DNA of 64,000 bases, from contig DATKND010000172.1 in the NCBI GenBank assembly GCA_035541475.1, positions 5,040 through 69,039 on the forward strand. Direction: 5' to 3'. Below, one piece after another: positions 1 to 11,328 of the stretch (within the stretch, counting starts at the first letter, position 1; each line of letters begins with the position of its first letter). Made by a program: the position numbers and the translations under genes. Under the pieces are notes generated by a model, which saw only the letters and a list, made by a program, of their open reading frames with translations, had not been told where the DNA came from and did no database searches. The stretch comes from Myxococcota bacterium (GTDB lineage Bacteria > Myxococcota_A > UBA9160 > SMWR01).

Positions 1-1193
1 CCGATCAGGTAGAAGCGCTTCGCACCGGCGCGATCGGCGTCCGCGAGCGCGCGCTTGAGCTTCGAATCGGATAGCGAGAGCTCGACCGACTCGCCGCGGG
101 CGCGCAGCGCCGAGGCCAGGCGGATCGCGGCGGGCTGCTGCGCCTCGCCGAGCGCGAAGACGAAGGCGTCGAGCGCGCGCGGGAGCTCGGGCCACAGTCC
201 CTTGTCGGCCAGCAACTCGCCGATCACGGCGTCGCCGAAGCCGAAGCCGGCGGCCGGCAGCGCCGGGCCGCCGAGCGATTCGAGCAGGCGGTCGTAGCGG
301 CCGCCGCCGCAGATCGCGCGGAGCTTCCGCTCGGCGTCGAAGGCCTCGAAGACGATGCCCGTGTAGTAGGCGAGGCCGCGCACGATCGAGGCGTCGAAGA
401 CGACCCGGTCGCGCACGCCGTAGGCGTCGAGCAGGCCGAAGAGCTCCTCGAGCTCGCGGCGGGCGCGAGAGTCGCTCGGCAGCCCGGCGGCCGCCTCCTC
501 GACGCTGGAGAGCCGCAGCCAGTCGACCACGTGGCGCGCGTCGGGCAGCGGCAGCGCGATCCCGCCCGACGGCGCGGTCAAGAGCGCGATGACCTCGTCG
601 GCGCCGATCTTCCCGAGCTTGTCGATCGCCACGCAGAGCGCCGGGAAGACCTCCGGGCGCTCGCGCAGCACGCCGCGGCGGAGCGTCTCCTCGAGCAGCG
701 CGCGGCTCGAGACGCCGACCTTGAGATCGCCGCGGGCGAGGCCGAGGCGGTCGGAGAGCGCGAAGACCGCCGCGATCAGCTCGGCCTCCGCCGAGACGCC
801 GGGCTCGCCCCAGATGTCCAGGTTCCACTGGTAGTGCTCGCGTCGGCGGCCGCGCGTGGTGCGCTCGTATCGCCAGCACTGCGGGATGGCGGTCCAGCGG
901 ATGGGCAGGCGCAGCCCGCCCGCGCGCGCCATCACCATGCGCGCGAGCGAGGGCGTGAACTCGCCGCGCAGCGCGTAGCGACGCCCGTGCAGCTCGAAGT
1001 GGTAGAGCTGCTCGACGATCTCTTCACCCGCCTTGCGCGTGAAGAGCTCCTCGTGCTCGAGGACGGGCGCGTCCACCTCCTCGTACCCGAAGGCGCGTGC
1101 GACGGCGCGGAAGTGGCCGAAGAGCCAGTCGCGGCGGCGCAGGTCCTCGGGATAGAAGTCGCGCGTGCCGCGCGGCGGCTGGAGGGTCGTCAC
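1..1193 (-). CDS. hisS: histidine--tRNA ligase (3' end cut by window edge)
   Basis: Not in the ORF track because it runs off the edge. My minus-strand translation from GTG at 1193 reads VTTLQPPRGTRDFYPEDL...RYERTTRGRRREHYQWNLDIWG...ICGGGRYDRL, which matches HisRS-type class II motifs 2 and 3. Confidence 0.85.
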   Translation of the reverse strand, partial: MTTLQPPRGTRDFYPEDLRRRDWLFGHFRAVARAFGYEEVDAPVLEHEELFTRKAGEEIVEQLYHFELHGRRYALRGEFTPSLARMVMARAGGLRLPIRWTAIPQCWRYERTTRGRRREHYQWNLDIWGEPGVSAEAELIAAVFALSDRLGLARGDLKVGVSSRALLEETLRRGVLRERPEVFPALCVAIDKLGKIGADEVIALLTAPSGGIALPLPDARHVVDWLRLSSVEEAAAGLPSDSRARRELEELFGLLDAYGVRDRVVFDASIVRGLAYYTGIVFEAFDAERKLRAICGGGRYDRLLESLGGPALPAAGFGFGDAVIGELLADKGLWPELPRALDAFVFALGEAQQPAAIRLASALRARGESVELSLSDSKLKRALADADRAGAKRFYLI

Positions 1194-1299
1194 GCGCCTC
1201 GGGATATCACACCCGCCCGCGCGATACCCGCCGGTCCCCCGAGCCCGACACCGCGCGGCGCCTGTTTGCTACACCCCGGCCCCTCGCACGGAGGAGTCC

Positions 1300-2643
1300 A
1301 TGCCGCGTTCGCGCGCCCTCTTGGGACTGACTCTCGCGCTGCTCGGCGCAGCGGCCTGCGGGAGATCCGAGGAGCCGAGGATCATCCGGCCCCCGCACCC
1401 GGAGTCGGAGCCGGAGCCCGAGGCCTTCGGGATCGTCTCGACCGCTACGCCGGCCGATCTGCCGCGCGGCATCGTGCTCGCGCTCGCGCAGTTCCGGGAC
1501 GAGCGCGACGAGAAGACCGGCAAGACGACGCCGATCCCCGGGCCCGCGCGCCTGGAATTCCTGGTGCGCAAGAACGGAGAGTGGCACGTCACGGCGCTCG
1601 AAGATCCGGAGAGCAACGTCTTCCACAAGGCGATGACCTACGGCTCGGGCGACTCTGCGCGCCTGCTCACGCTCGGCGGCACCGCCGCGAAGGTGAAGCT
1701 CTGGAAGCCCGACGGCTCCGGGAAGCTCGTCGCGCAGACGATCTGGGAGAAGGACTTCGGCGGAAAGTTCAGCCGCATGCGCGACGCCGAGGTCGCGGAC
1801 CTCTACGGCGACGGCGGCGCCAGCATCGCGGTCGCGACGCACGACCAGGGCGTGGTCGCGGTGCTGCGCCCGCACGGAGACGCCTTCGAGGCCATCGAGC
1901 TCGATCGCCGACCCGACACCTTCGTGCACGAGATCGAGATCGGCGATCTCGACGGCGACGGCGTGCTCGAGGTGTACGCGACGCCCTCCGAGCCGAATCG
2001 CCTCGACGGCACCGTGCAGTCCGGCGAGGTCGTGCGCTACGTGCCGGCCCGCGGCGGCGAGCGCACGGTGGTCGCGGCGCTCGGCGATCGCCACGCGAAG
2101 GAGATCCTCGTCGCCGACGTGGATGGCGACGGCCGCGACGAGCTCTATGTCGCCGTCGAAGGTCACGTCGACGAGAACAAGGTGCTCGTGCACCCGGTCG
2201 AGATCCGGCGCTACGACGCCGGCACGCCGCCCGACGCCGGCAAGACGATCGCGACCTTGAACGACCGCCAGACGCGCTTCCTCACCGCCGGCGACATCGA
2301 GGGCGACGGCCACCGCGAGATCGTGGCCGCGACCTTCAGCAGCGGACTCTGGCTGCTGCGTCCGCCGAAGGAGCCGGGCGGGAGCTGGAGCACGGAGCTG
2401 ATCGACTCCGACTCCGGCGGCTTCGAGCACGCGGCGATCCTCACGGACCTCGACGGCGATGGGAAGGACGAGCTCTACGTCGCGAGCGACAACCACAAGC
2501 AGGTACGCCGCTATGTGTGGGACGGGAATCGGCTCGTGCGCGAGGTCATCTACACGCGGCCCGACGATCGGTCGGTGTTCACCTGGAACCTGATGCCGTT
2601 CCCCGTGGGGCTTGCGCCGACCGAGTCACCCGTACAGAGATAG
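1300..2643 (+). CDS. FG-GAP/VCBS-repeat lipoprotein (beta-propeller-like)
   Basis: Same frame as ORF 1165..2643. ATG 1300 is preceded by GGAGGA. Signal peptide with lipobox LLGAAAC. Repeated Ca-binding-like DxDGDG motifs: DLYGDGG, IGDLDGDGVLE, VADVDGDGRDE, AGDIEGDGHRE, LTDLDGDGKDE. Confidence 0.8.
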   Translation: MPRSRALLGLTLALLGAAACGRSEEPRIIRPPHPESEPEPEAFGIVSTATPADLPRGIVLALAQFRDERDEKTGKTTPIPGPARLEFLVRKNGEWHVTALEDPESNVFHKAMTYGSGDSARLLTLGGTAAKVKLWKPDGSGKLVAQTIWEKDFGGKFSRMRDAEVADLYGDGGASIAVATHDQGVVAVLRPHGDAFEAIELDRRPDTFVHEIEIGDLDGDGVLEVYATPSEPNRLDGTVQSGEVVRYVPARGGERTVVAALGDRHAKEILVADVDGDGRDELYVAVEGHVDENKVLVHPVEIRRYDAGTPPDAGKTIATLNDRQTRFLTAGDIEGDGHREIVAATFSSGLWLLRPPKEPGGSWSTELIDSDSGGFEHAAILTDLDGDGKDELYVASDNHKQVRRYVWDGNRLVREVIYTRPDDRSVFTWNLMPFPVGLAPTESPVQR

Positions 2644-2656
2644 GGAGACGTTCGCG

Positions 2657-3049
<393 letters not shown>

Positions 3050-3148
3050 TCAAGCTCCTGTCGTGATTCCCCGACTGCTCTCTGGCTTTTTTCGAACGGC
3101 GTCTCGCGCTGCGCTGGTTGTCACGCCGCGAGGCGCTGGGCTAAGAGG

Positions 3149-5965
3149 ATGATCGATCGAGGAGCTGCCCCAGAGGGACGACACACATTGGCGAAGGCGC
3201 TGATCATCACCGAGAAACCGAGCGTCGCGAACGACATCGCGAAGGCGCTCGGAGGCTTCACCGAGCACGACGGCTGGTTCGAGAGCGACGACTTCGTGCT
3301 GACGTACGCGGTCGGCCACCTGTTCGAGCTGCTGCCGCCCGAGGAGATCGACGACAAGTACAAGCGCTGGACCCTCGACGTGCTGCCGATCCTGCCGGAC
3401 GAGTTCCGCTACAAGCCGAAGCCGGGACAGTCCGAGCGCGTGCGCACCATCCGGCGCCTGCTCGAGCGCAAGGACGTCGACTCGGTGATCAACGCCTGCG
3501 ACGCCGGTCGCGAGGGCGAGCTGATCTTCCGCGAGATCGTCGAGCACCTCGGCTCGCAGAAGCCGATCCGCCGGCTGTGGCTCCAGTCGATGACGGACGA
3601 CGCGATCCGCGACGGCTTCGCACGGCTGCGGCCGGGCGAGGAGCTGCAGGGCCTCGCCGACGCCGCCGCCTGTCGCGCGCAGTCCGACTGGCTGATCGGC
3701 ATGAACGCGACGCGCGCGCTGACCAAGCGGCTCAAGAGCCGCAAGGAGAAGACGGCCTGGTCGGCGGGCCGCGTGCAGACGCCGACGCTCGCGATGCTGG
3801 TCGACAAGGAGATCGAGGTGCTGGCGCACGTGCCGCGCCCGTTCTGGCGGGTCACCGCTCGCTTCGAGCACGCCGGACAGAGCTACGACGCCACCTGGTT
3901 CGACTCGCGCTTCGAGGCCGACGACGACCCCGAGCGCCGCGACGACCGCATCTTCGACGAGGCGCGCGCGGCGGCCATCGTCGCGGCGGTGTCGGGCCGC
4001 GCCGGCAGCGCCGAGGAGACGCGCAAGCCCTCGCGCGAGTCGGCGCCGCCGCTCTTCGACTTGACCAGCCTCCAGCGCGAGGGCAACCGCCGCTTCGGCT
4101 GGTCCGCGCGCCGGACGCTCTCGGCCGCGCAGCGCTGCTACGAGCGACACAAGGTGTTGACCTACCCGCGCACCGACTCGCGCTGCCTGCCGAACGACTA
4201 CCGCGCGACGGTGGGCCGCACGCTCGACGCCTTCGCGTCGTCGCGCAGCGGCGAGGAGGGCTACGCCGACTACGCGCGCGCCGCGAAGCACCTGAAGCAG
4301 GCGGGCCTGCAGAACGAAGGCCGCATCTTCGACAACGCCGGGGTCTCGGATCACTTCGCGATCGTGCCGACGGGCTCGTTCCCGCCGGCGCCGCTCTCGG
4401 GCGACGACAAGCGCCTCTTCGACCTGGTGGTGCGCCGCTTCCTCGGCGCCTTCCATCCGCCCGCGCTCTGGGAGCGCGTCGAGCGGACGAGCGCGGTCGG
4501 CGACGAACGCTTCCGCACGCGTGCGCGCACCCTGGTCGAGCCGGGCTGGCGCAGCGTGCTGCCGGACCTGGCCGAGGGCGAGGACGTCGCGCCGCTGCCG
4601 CCGCTCGTGCCCGGGCAGAGCGAGGCGTCGGGCGTCGCGGTGCGAAACGTCGAGGCCGCGTCGCAGCAGGAGGAGACCAAGCCGCCCGCGCGCATCACCG
4701 AGGCGCGCCTTCTCTCGCTGATGGAGAACGCGGGCAAGCAGATCGACGACGAGGACTTCGCGGCGGTGCTGCACGAGAAGGGCATCGGGACGCCGGCGAC
4801 GCGCGCCGACATCATCGAGAACCTGATCGCGAAGGGCTACGTCGTGCGCGTCGGCAAGGCGCTGCGCCCGACGGTCAAGGGCATCCGCATGATCGACACG
4901 CTCCGGCGTATCCACGTCGATCGCCTGACCTCGCCCGAGCTGACCGGCGAGCTCGAGTTCCACCTGCGCCAGGTGGAGCAGCGCAACCGCACGAAGCGCG
5001 ACTTCATGGAGGAGATCTCCGACTACACCGTCGAGATCGTGGACCGCGCGAAGGGCTTCTCGTACGAGTCGCTCTACGACGCGAACGACGTGCTCGGCGC
5101 GTGTCCCGCCTGCGGCCGGCCCGTGATCGAGATGGCCTGGTTCTATCGCTGCAAGGAGGATCCGCCGCGCGATCCGGACTGCCCGCTGCGCATCTGGAAG
5201 GACACGTCGGGCCGCTACATCGACCGCGCGACGGTGCGCGCGCTGCTGAAGGACGGCAAGAGCGGCGTGATCGACGGCTTCACGGCGCGCGACGGCCGCA
5301 CCTACCGTGGCACGCTCGAGATCGTGCCCGGCGAGTGGACCTTGGCCGTGCGTCCGGCCGGCTGGAACGAGGATGCGAGCAACGCCGAGCCCGAGTTCGA
5401 GGTGAACCCCGAGCCGCTCGGCCGCTGCCCCTTCGAAGAAGACTGCATGGTGGTCGAGTCGCCGACGCAGTTCGTGTGCGAGCGGAAGCTGAAGGAGGCC
5501 GAGCTCTCGCGCGAGGAGCGCGCGCGGCTCGCCGCCGAGGGCGCACCGCAGAGCTGCGGCTTCGTCCTGCCGCGCACGGTGTGCAAGCGCGAGATCACGC
5601 GTGACGAAGCGCTCATCTATCGGGCCGACGGCAAGACCGCGTTGCTGACCGACTTCACTTCGCGCTTCGGCCGACCGTTCTCCGCGACCCTGGTGCTGAA
5701 GGAGAACGGGCGCCACGGGTTCGAGTTCCCGCCGCGGAAAGCGCGCGGTGCCGAGACCTCCGACACCAAGGCCGGGAGCGCGGACAGCGACGCGGCGACG
5801 ACCGCGAAGCCCGCGCGCGCCGGCGGCCGCAAGAAGGCGGCCGCGCGCAAGCCGAAGGCGGCGTCCGCGAAGGCCGCGACCGGCGGGCGCGCGCGCACGC
5901 GCAAGACCTCGTCGCGCCGCAAGCAGGCCCGGCGCGCCGACGCCGACAGTTCTTCGGGCGAATAA
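3149..5965 (+). CDS. topB: DNA topoisomerase III with C-terminal zinc ribbons, two topoisomerase C-terminal repeats and a basic tail
   Basis: 938-aa ORF. Toprim start LIITEKPSVA, DAGREGE cluster, type IA core. C-terminal CPACG..C ribbons, GVIDGFTARDGRTYRG and LLTDFTSRFGRPFSA repeats, then a K/R/A-rich tail. A possible alternative TTG start at 3188 gives MAKALIITEKPS. Confidence 0.85.
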   Translation: MIDRGAAPEGRHTLAKALIITEKPSVANDIAKALGGFTEHDGWFESDDFVLTYAVGHLFELLPPEEIDDKYKRWTLDVLPILPDEFRYKPKPGQSERVRTIRRLLERKDVDSVINACDAGREGELIFREIVEHLGSQKPIRRLWLQSMTDDAIRDGFARLRPGEELQGLADAAACRAQSDWLIGMNATRALTKRLKSRKEKTAWSAGRVQTPTLAMLVDKEIEVLAHVPRPFWRVTARFEHAGQSYDATWFDSRFEADDDPERRDDRIFDEARAAAIVAAVSGRAGSAEETRKPSRESAPPLFDLTSLQREGNRRFGWSARRTLSAAQRCYERHKVLTYPRTDSRCLPNDYRATVGRTLDAFASSRSGEEGYADYARAAKHLKQAGLQNEGRIFDNAGVSDHFAIVPTGSFPPAPLSGDDKRLFDLVVRRFLGAFHPPALWERVERTSAVGDERFRTRARTLVEPGWRSVLPDLAEGEDVAPLPPLVPGQSEASGVAVRNVEAASQQEETKPPARITEARLLSLMENAGKQIDDEDFAAVLHEKGIGTPATRADIIENLIAKGYVVRVGKALRPTVKGIRMIDTLRRIHVDRLTSPELTGELEFHLRQVEQRNRTKRDFMEEISDYTVEIVDRAKGFSYESLYDANDVLGACPACGRPVIEMAWFYRCKEDPPRDPDCPLRIWKDTSGRYIDRATVRALLKDGKSGVIDGFTARDGRTYRGTLEIVPGEWTLAVRPAGWNEDASNAEPEFEVNPEPLGRCPFEEDCMVVESPTQFVCERKLKEAELSREERARLAAEGAPQSCGFVLPRTVCKREITRDEALIYRADGKTALLTDFTSRFGRPFSATLVLKENGRHGFEFPPRKARGAETSDTKAGSADSDAATTAKPARAGGRKKAAARKPKAASAKAATGGRARTRKTSSRRKQARRADADSSSGE

Positions 5966-6207
5966 CCCGAAGCAACTCGCGCTCGCGTTCGCGCGCGGTC
6001 GAAACTGATCGGTACCGCGACGCGCCGCGTCGAGTCGCGCGCGAGCCGCGCACGAACGGTGTCGTTCGTCGAAAAATCGGATGACACCTCCGTCGCGACG
6101 GGTGTAAAACAATGCCCGGGAAAAGCGCCGGGACGGAGTTCACTGCGAAGCAGGCGGTGTGCTGCCGCGCCCGCTCGGTTGCAGACACGCAGACACGAGG
6201 AGGGTTC

Positions 6208-9200
6208 ATGGCGGGTGCCGCTGCGAGTCGAGGGTTCGCGCGCTGTCTCTCGCTCGCCGCACTGGCCGCCGCGAGCCTCGCGCTGACTGCGAGCGGCGCG
6301 CGCGCGATCGAAGCGCTCGACGGACGCTTGCAGTTCCACGGCTACGCCGAGATGCAGCTGCGCGCGCTCGACGAGAAGTTCTCGCAGGAGCTCGACCTCT
6401 CGCAGTGGTACAACGTCCTCAACCTCGAGCTCGAGTTCGACATCGCGCCCGACGGCATCGGCCCGATCAACCTGATGTCGGCGTACGTCCGCGCCGAGGC
6501 CCGCTACGACGCGATCTACAACAACGGCTTCTACATGTTCCCGTCGATCGACACGTACGGGAACGCCTCCAGGAACCTGCCGAAGCGGCTGCGCGACGCC
6601 GAGACCAAGCAGATGGGCGGCGTCATCAAGACGGTCGATCGCTTCGGCGAGTTCAAGACGCAGCGCATCACCAACCGCGATCCGTTCCCGATCGCGCCGC
6701 CGGTCCAGACCGTTCCCGGCTCGAACATCGACATCGGCCACGGATTCAATGATCCAACCGCCGAGAGCCTGTACCCCGACGGCCTCAACGTCGCGAAGGG
6801 CGGCCCCGACGAGATCCCGGCCGACGGACGCCAGAGCGACTACGGCATGCGCCGCGGCTACCCGGGCTTCGACACGTTCTTCACGCAGGCCGGACCCGAC
6901 AACCAGTTCGGCACCGACGACGACCCGGCTCGCTACGTGATGCGCCACGTGCGCGACTTCGAGTTCACGTTCAAGGACATCCGCGGCCCGCTCGGCAACG
7001 ACACGATGATCATGGGCCCGTGGCTGCCGAAGAACTTCATCACGGCCAATGCGCTGAACACCGATCGCGGCAATCCGTTCCGCGGCCGCATCGCGCCGAC
7101 GCCGCCGATGCTGCTCAACAACTTCTTCATCAATCAGAGCTTCGGCGACGCGCAGATCGGCGCGATCCGCTTCCACGAGGGCGACCTGATCGTCAATCCG
7201 GCGGCGCTCGCGTCGACCATCCCGCTGCCCGCGCCGGGCGAGCTGAGCTACGCCAAGATCGACATCCTCGATCCCACGCTCATGCGCATCCTGACGGCGC
7301 CCGGCCAGGTCCCGACGAACGCCGCGACGGTCAACCCGAACCTCGTCTACCTGGACCTGCGCGGCTTCCCGGTTCTCGGAGGGCCCAACGGCGGGACAAT
7401 CCCGGCCTTGCTCAGCGCCACCTTCCCGGGCCGTTGGACGTACTCGTCGTTCTCCTCGACAGGCGTCACGGCCAACACGCTGCTGACGGACGACGTCGGC
7501 GGCGACTTCATGGGCGGCATCGTGCCCTGCGCCGACCCGACGGTCCAGCCTGCGAACCACATTGCGAACTCCTACCGCGCGGGCACCGCTCCGACGCCTC
7601 CGGATAGCCTGTGCGTCGAGAGCGCGAGCACCGGCGGAGGTCCCGGACCCGGCACGACGGGCCAGACCGGCGGCACGCCGGGCAACCCGGCGAACGTCGA
7701 CCCGGGCGATCCGAAGGGCTCCTACACGTCGCCGGGTCTGACAAAGATGACGGGCGGCTTCAGCCAGATCGTCTTTCAGAACGGCCAGTTCGTGCTCCAG
7801 ACGATTCCCGACAACCACGGCGAGACGCCCTTCCGCCCCGCGCCGGATCTCCCGAACCTGGGCCAGCGCCTGATCGCGCGCGACAGCACGGGCGCTCTGA
7901 TCGACATGGGCCAGGTCCCGAATCTCAACCAGAACCACGATCAGGCGCAGGGCCTGTACATCCCGAGCAAGGGCGCGCTGCGCGAGATCCGCAGCGACCA
8001 CCTCGACAGCCTCGAGTTCAACTTCGACGAGACCGATCGCGCCTGGAACCACGGGCAGGACCAGCAGGAGAACCGGGAGCTGAAGGAGGCCTACACCGAC
8101 ATCGAGGTGCTCGACAGCCGCCTGTGGATGCGCCTCGGCCTCCAGAACATCGTGTGGGGCAAGACGGAGCTCTTCCGCACCACCGACCAGTTCAACCCGC
8201 AGGACCTGGCGCTCTCCTCACTGCCCTCGCTTGAGGAGTCGCGCATCGCGCTGTGGTCCGCGCGCTTCGTCTACTCGCTCTACGACATCGGCCCTCTCGA
8301 GGACGTCCGCGCGGAGTTCGCGATGAACCTCGATCAGTACAAGCCGAACGACCTCGGCGCCTGCGGCGAGCCCTACACGCCGGACGTCGTCTGCACGCTC
8401 ACCAACGGCATCTTCGCCCACGGCCTCGTCGGCGTCGGCGTGATCGGCATCGACCGTCCCGAGGCCCCGTGGAAGAAGCTCAGCGACCTCGAGTTGGGCG
8501 GCCGCATCGAGTGGCGCTGGGACCGCTTCAGCTTCGCCCTGATGGACTTCTGGGGCTTCAGCGACTTCCCGCACCCGGAGGCGCAGTGGTACTACGACCG
8601 CTCGGTCGACGTCGACACGGGTCGCCCGCTGGTCGGCGTGCTGCCGACCCAGCAGCCCGGGAAGTGCGGCGCCTTCGCGGGCGAGAGTGTCGTCGACACC
8701 ATGAACGCGACGGTGAACGGTGTGGCGACCAAGCCGTTCGTGCCGAGCAATACCCCAGGCTTTGCACCGGTCAACATCGCCTACAACTCGTCGTTCGCGT
8801 CGCACCCCTTCTCCGTCACGACCGGCGCACCGGTGCTCGACCCGCTCGCGCCCGGCTTCACGACCTTGAAGCGCGGCGGCATCGGGCGCGATCCAGACTG
8901 CCTGCGGCCGGGCGGCGCGCCGGGCAGCGCAAACGCCTTCGCGTTCGACCAGGACATCCTCGCCCAGACCAACGCCCTCTACAATCACTCGGTCAACCAG
9001 CAGATCTTCGCATGGATCTGCGCGGGCACGATCGGCATCGCCGCAAGTCTCGATGCAGGCTCCTGCGCCTGGACCATCTTCGCCAGCGACGCGGTGCTGC
9101 AGAAGCAGCTCCTGCCGATCTCGTTCGTCGAATCGCTCACGACGTTGTTTGCCGGCGAGCAGTCGGGCAGCGCGGGCCCGCCCCAGTTCATGGGCCTCAT

Positions 9201-11304
9201 CGCGAACACCATCAAGACTACACAAGCTGCCGCGGGCATGTCGGCCTTCCCGTTGGCATCGCTGAACATGCTCTACAACAACCCGGCCGCGCCCTTCGAC
9301 CGCAACGGAAACGGCGTGGTCGACCGGACGAACTGCAACGACGCCACGAATCTCAGCAACTGCGATCTCGGCGGCTTCGACGGATTCGACGGCCGCGTGC
9401 AGATCAACGGCCGGCAGCCCGCGGCGGTGAATGCCAACCAGGTCTCGGGCTTCATCACGCTCGACCAGTCGCTCACCAACGAGCAGCGCGCGCTGCTCGG
9501 CTGCGGTCCGTTCTATGGCAGCCGCTGCGACTCCTCGCTGCGCTACCGCGACACGAATCGAGACACCTACTTCGGCAGCTATGGCGGCCTCGACTTCATG
9601 AACATGGAGGCCTCCGCCCTGGTGCAGTCGTGGCCCGGCGTCGAGGGCACCGTCAAGACCGACACGACGACCTCGAACAAGATTCAGCCGGGCACCGTCG
9701 GCTGGGTTCCGACCATGGACGATCGCGGCAGCTTCAACAACGGCATCGGCGGTCCGATCTGCACGCACTTCGTGATGAGCGAACACCGCGAGGTGAAGCT
9801 TCCCGGCTGTCGCGGCGTGCAGACGCTCCAGGTCACCCATACGGCGAACGGCGATCCAGTCGTCCTGGTCTCCTTCGAGCAGGGCTACCTGCCCTCGATC
9901 GACGGCTGCGTGATCGGCACGCAGATCAACAATCCGGGTCACAGCCCGGTGCAGGTGGTGTTCGACCCGAACGGGCCCGCGCCGAGCGCGCAGCTCAAGA
10001 CGGAGCTCGGCTTGTGCAACGGCGCGCGCACGAAGCAGGTCCAGCCGCGGCGCGTCATGATCTTCAACCCGGATGGAACACCGGTCACGGTGAACGGCCA
10101 GCCGCAGTTCACGGCCGCCAACCCGTGTACAGGGGTGGGCAACATCGGCATCGGGCCCGGCTTGCCGGACGACCCGCTTCGCGTCTGCAACGCAAAGACG
10201 GTCACGTTGCAGGATCTCCCTCTCTTCCATCCGACGGCCGGCTGCGTTGCCTCCGGCTTCTCCTTCCAGGTGCCGGGGGCCACGCCCGACGACTGTCGCT
10301 ACTGGATGTACCGGAACTACGTGCAGGAGTTCTTCAACGGCACCGCGCAGCTCTTCCAGAACGAGTTGGCGGCCTTCTCGTGGAACTTCCTGATGTTCCT
10401 GACCTTGACGTCCTGCAACCTCACGAGCTTCGACCTCGACGGCAACGACCACCTCCTGACGAACGGCGGACCGCGCTCCCAGGGGCCGGGGCCGGCCGGT
10501 CCGGGCGACCCGAACTGCTTCGACCCGAACAATCCCTACACGAAGGGACGTTGCTCGATCTCGACGCCGGAGTTCTGCACGAACGTGAAGGGCTTCCTGA
10601 CGGCGGCTGGCGTCGAGAAGAACACCGCGCTCGCGGGCGGCAACAACCGCTTCGGACGCCGCACCTTCATCTGGGACAGCGGCGGCGAGCTCACGCTCGA
10701 CTACCAGCAGCGCAACGTGCTCGGTCTCTCGTCCGACTTCGCCGAGGACCACACCAAAACCAATTGGGGCGTCGAGTTCACCTACATCGGGAAGGAGCCG
10801 TTCCAGGACAACGCCTCGATGGTGGGCGTGAGCCAGTCGTCGTCGCTCAACCTGACGGTCTCGGTCGATCGCCCGACCTTCATCAACTTCCTGAACCCGA
10901 ACCGGACCTTCTTCTTCAACAGCCAGTGGTTCTTCAACTACCTGACGAACTACCACGACACCTACAACTTCGACGGTCCGTTCAACGTGCTCTTCACGTT
11001 CGCGATGTTCACGGGCTACTTCCAGGACCGCGTGCAGCCACAGCTCGTCACGGTCTTCGACTTCAAGTCGCAATCCGGCGGCCTGCTGCCATCGTTCCAG
11101 TACCGCTTCACGGATTCGTTCTCCGTGACGATCGGGACGTTCTACTTCTTCGGCCACACGGAGCTGAAGGACATGCCCGTGCGCGACTTCGCCCCAGCCG
11201 CGAACCGCTCGGGCGCGAACGCCTACGAGAACGGCGTGGACAACATCCTCGCGTTGATCCGCCAACGCGACGAGGTGTTCATGCGGCTCAGGTATACGTT
11301 CTAG
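6208..11304 (+). CDS. giant DUF1302-like outer-membrane beta-barrel protein with two large Cys-rich insertions
   Basis: Frame of ORF 6112..11304. ATG 6208 follows GAGGAGGG. Signal peptide ends ...LTASGARA. DUF1302-like islands are IEALDGRLQFHGYAEMQ, WMRLGLQNIVWGKTELF and NSQWFFNYL. The C-terminus ...MRLRYTF ends in Phe (OMP beta-signal). I count 24 Cys in the mature part. Confidence 0.75.
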   Translation: MAGAAASRGFARCLSLAALAAASLALTASGARAIEALDGRLQFHGYAEMQLRALDEKFSQELDLSQWYNVLNLELEFDIAPDGIGPINLMSAYVRAEARYDAIYNNGFYMFPSIDTYGNASRNLPKRLRDAETKQMGGVIKTVDRFGEFKTQRITNRDPFPIAPPVQTVPGSNIDIGHGFNDPTAESLYPDGLNVAKGGPDEIPADGRQSDYGMRRGYPGFDTFFTQAGPDNQFGTDDDPARYVMRHVRDFEFTFKDIRGPLGNDTMIMGPWLPKNFITANALNTDRGNPFRGRIAPTPPMLLNNFFINQSFGDAQIGAIRFHEGDLIVNPAALASTIPLPAPGELSYAKIDILDPTLMRILTAPGQVPTNAATVNPNLVYLDLRGFPVLGGPNGGTIPALLSATFPGRWTYSSFSSTGVTANTLLTDDVGGDFMGGIVPCADPTVQPANHIANSYRAGTAPTPPDSLCVESASTGGGPGPGTTGQTGGTPGNPANVDPGDPKGSYTSPGLTKMTGGFSQIVFQNGQFVLQTIPDNHGETPFRPAPDLPNLGQRLIARDSTGALIDMGQVPNLNQNHDQAQGLYIPSKGALREIRSDHLDSLEFNFDETDRAWNHGQDQQENRELKEAYTDIEVLDSRLWMRLGLQNIVWGKTELFRTTDQFNPQDLALSSLPSLEESRIALWSARFVYSLYDIGPLEDVRAEFAMNLDQYKPNDLGACGEPYTPDVVCTLTNGIFAHGLVGVGVIGIDRPEAPWKKLSDLELGGRIEWRWDRFSFALMDFWGFSDFPHPEAQWYYDRSVDVDTGRPLVGVLPTQQPGKCGAFAGESVVDTMNATVNGVATKPFVPSNTPGFAPVNIAYNSSFASHPFSVTTGAPVLDPLAPGFTTLKRGGIGRDPDCLRPGGAPGSANAFAFDQDILAQTNALYNHSVNQQIFAWICAGTIGIAASLDAGSCAWTIFASDAVLQKQLLPISFVESLTTLFAGEQSGSAGPPQFMGLIANTIKTTQAAAGMSAFPLASLNMLYNNPAAPFDRNGNGVVDRTNCNDATNLSNCDLGGFDGFDGRVQINGRQPAAVNANQVSGFITLDQSLTNEQRALLGCGPFYGSRCDSSLRYRDTNRDTYFGSYGGLDFMNMEASALVQSWPGVEGTVKTDTTTSNKIQPGTVGWVPTMDDRGSFNNGIGGPICTHFVMSEHREVKLPGCRGVQTLQVTHTANGDPVVLVSFEQGYLPSIDGCVIGTQINNPGHSPVQVVFDPNGPAPSAQLKTELGLCNGARTKQVQPRRVMIFNPDGTPVTVNGQPQFTAANPCTGVGNIGIGPGLPDDPLRVCNAKTVTLQDLPLFHPTAGCVASGFSFQVPGATPDDCRYWMYRNYVQEFFNGTAQLFQNELAAFSWNFLMFLTLTSCNLTSFDLDGNDHLLTNGGPRSQGPGPAGPGDPNCFDPNNPYTKGRCSISTPEFCTNVKGFLTAAGVEKNTALAGGNNRFGRRTFIWDSGGELTLDYQQRNVLGLSSDFAEDHTKTNWGVEFTYIGKEPFQDNASMVGVSQSSSLNLTVSVDRPTFINFLNPNRTFFFNSQWFFNYLTNYHDTYNFDGPFNVLFTFAMFTGYFQDRVQPQLVTVFDFKSQSGGLLPSFQYRFTDSFSVTIGTFYFFGHTELKDMPVRDFAPAANRSGANAYENGVDNILALIRQRDEVFMRLRYTF

Positions 11305-11328
11305 CAATCCGCCGCGCGGCGCGGCTGG

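Noticed and set aside
3050-6112. 1020-aa ORF antisense to topB (also 3577..5604 in an alternative frame)
   Set aside because: Same low-complexity Arg/Ala composition. topB on the plus strand has clear Toprim and type IA motifs.
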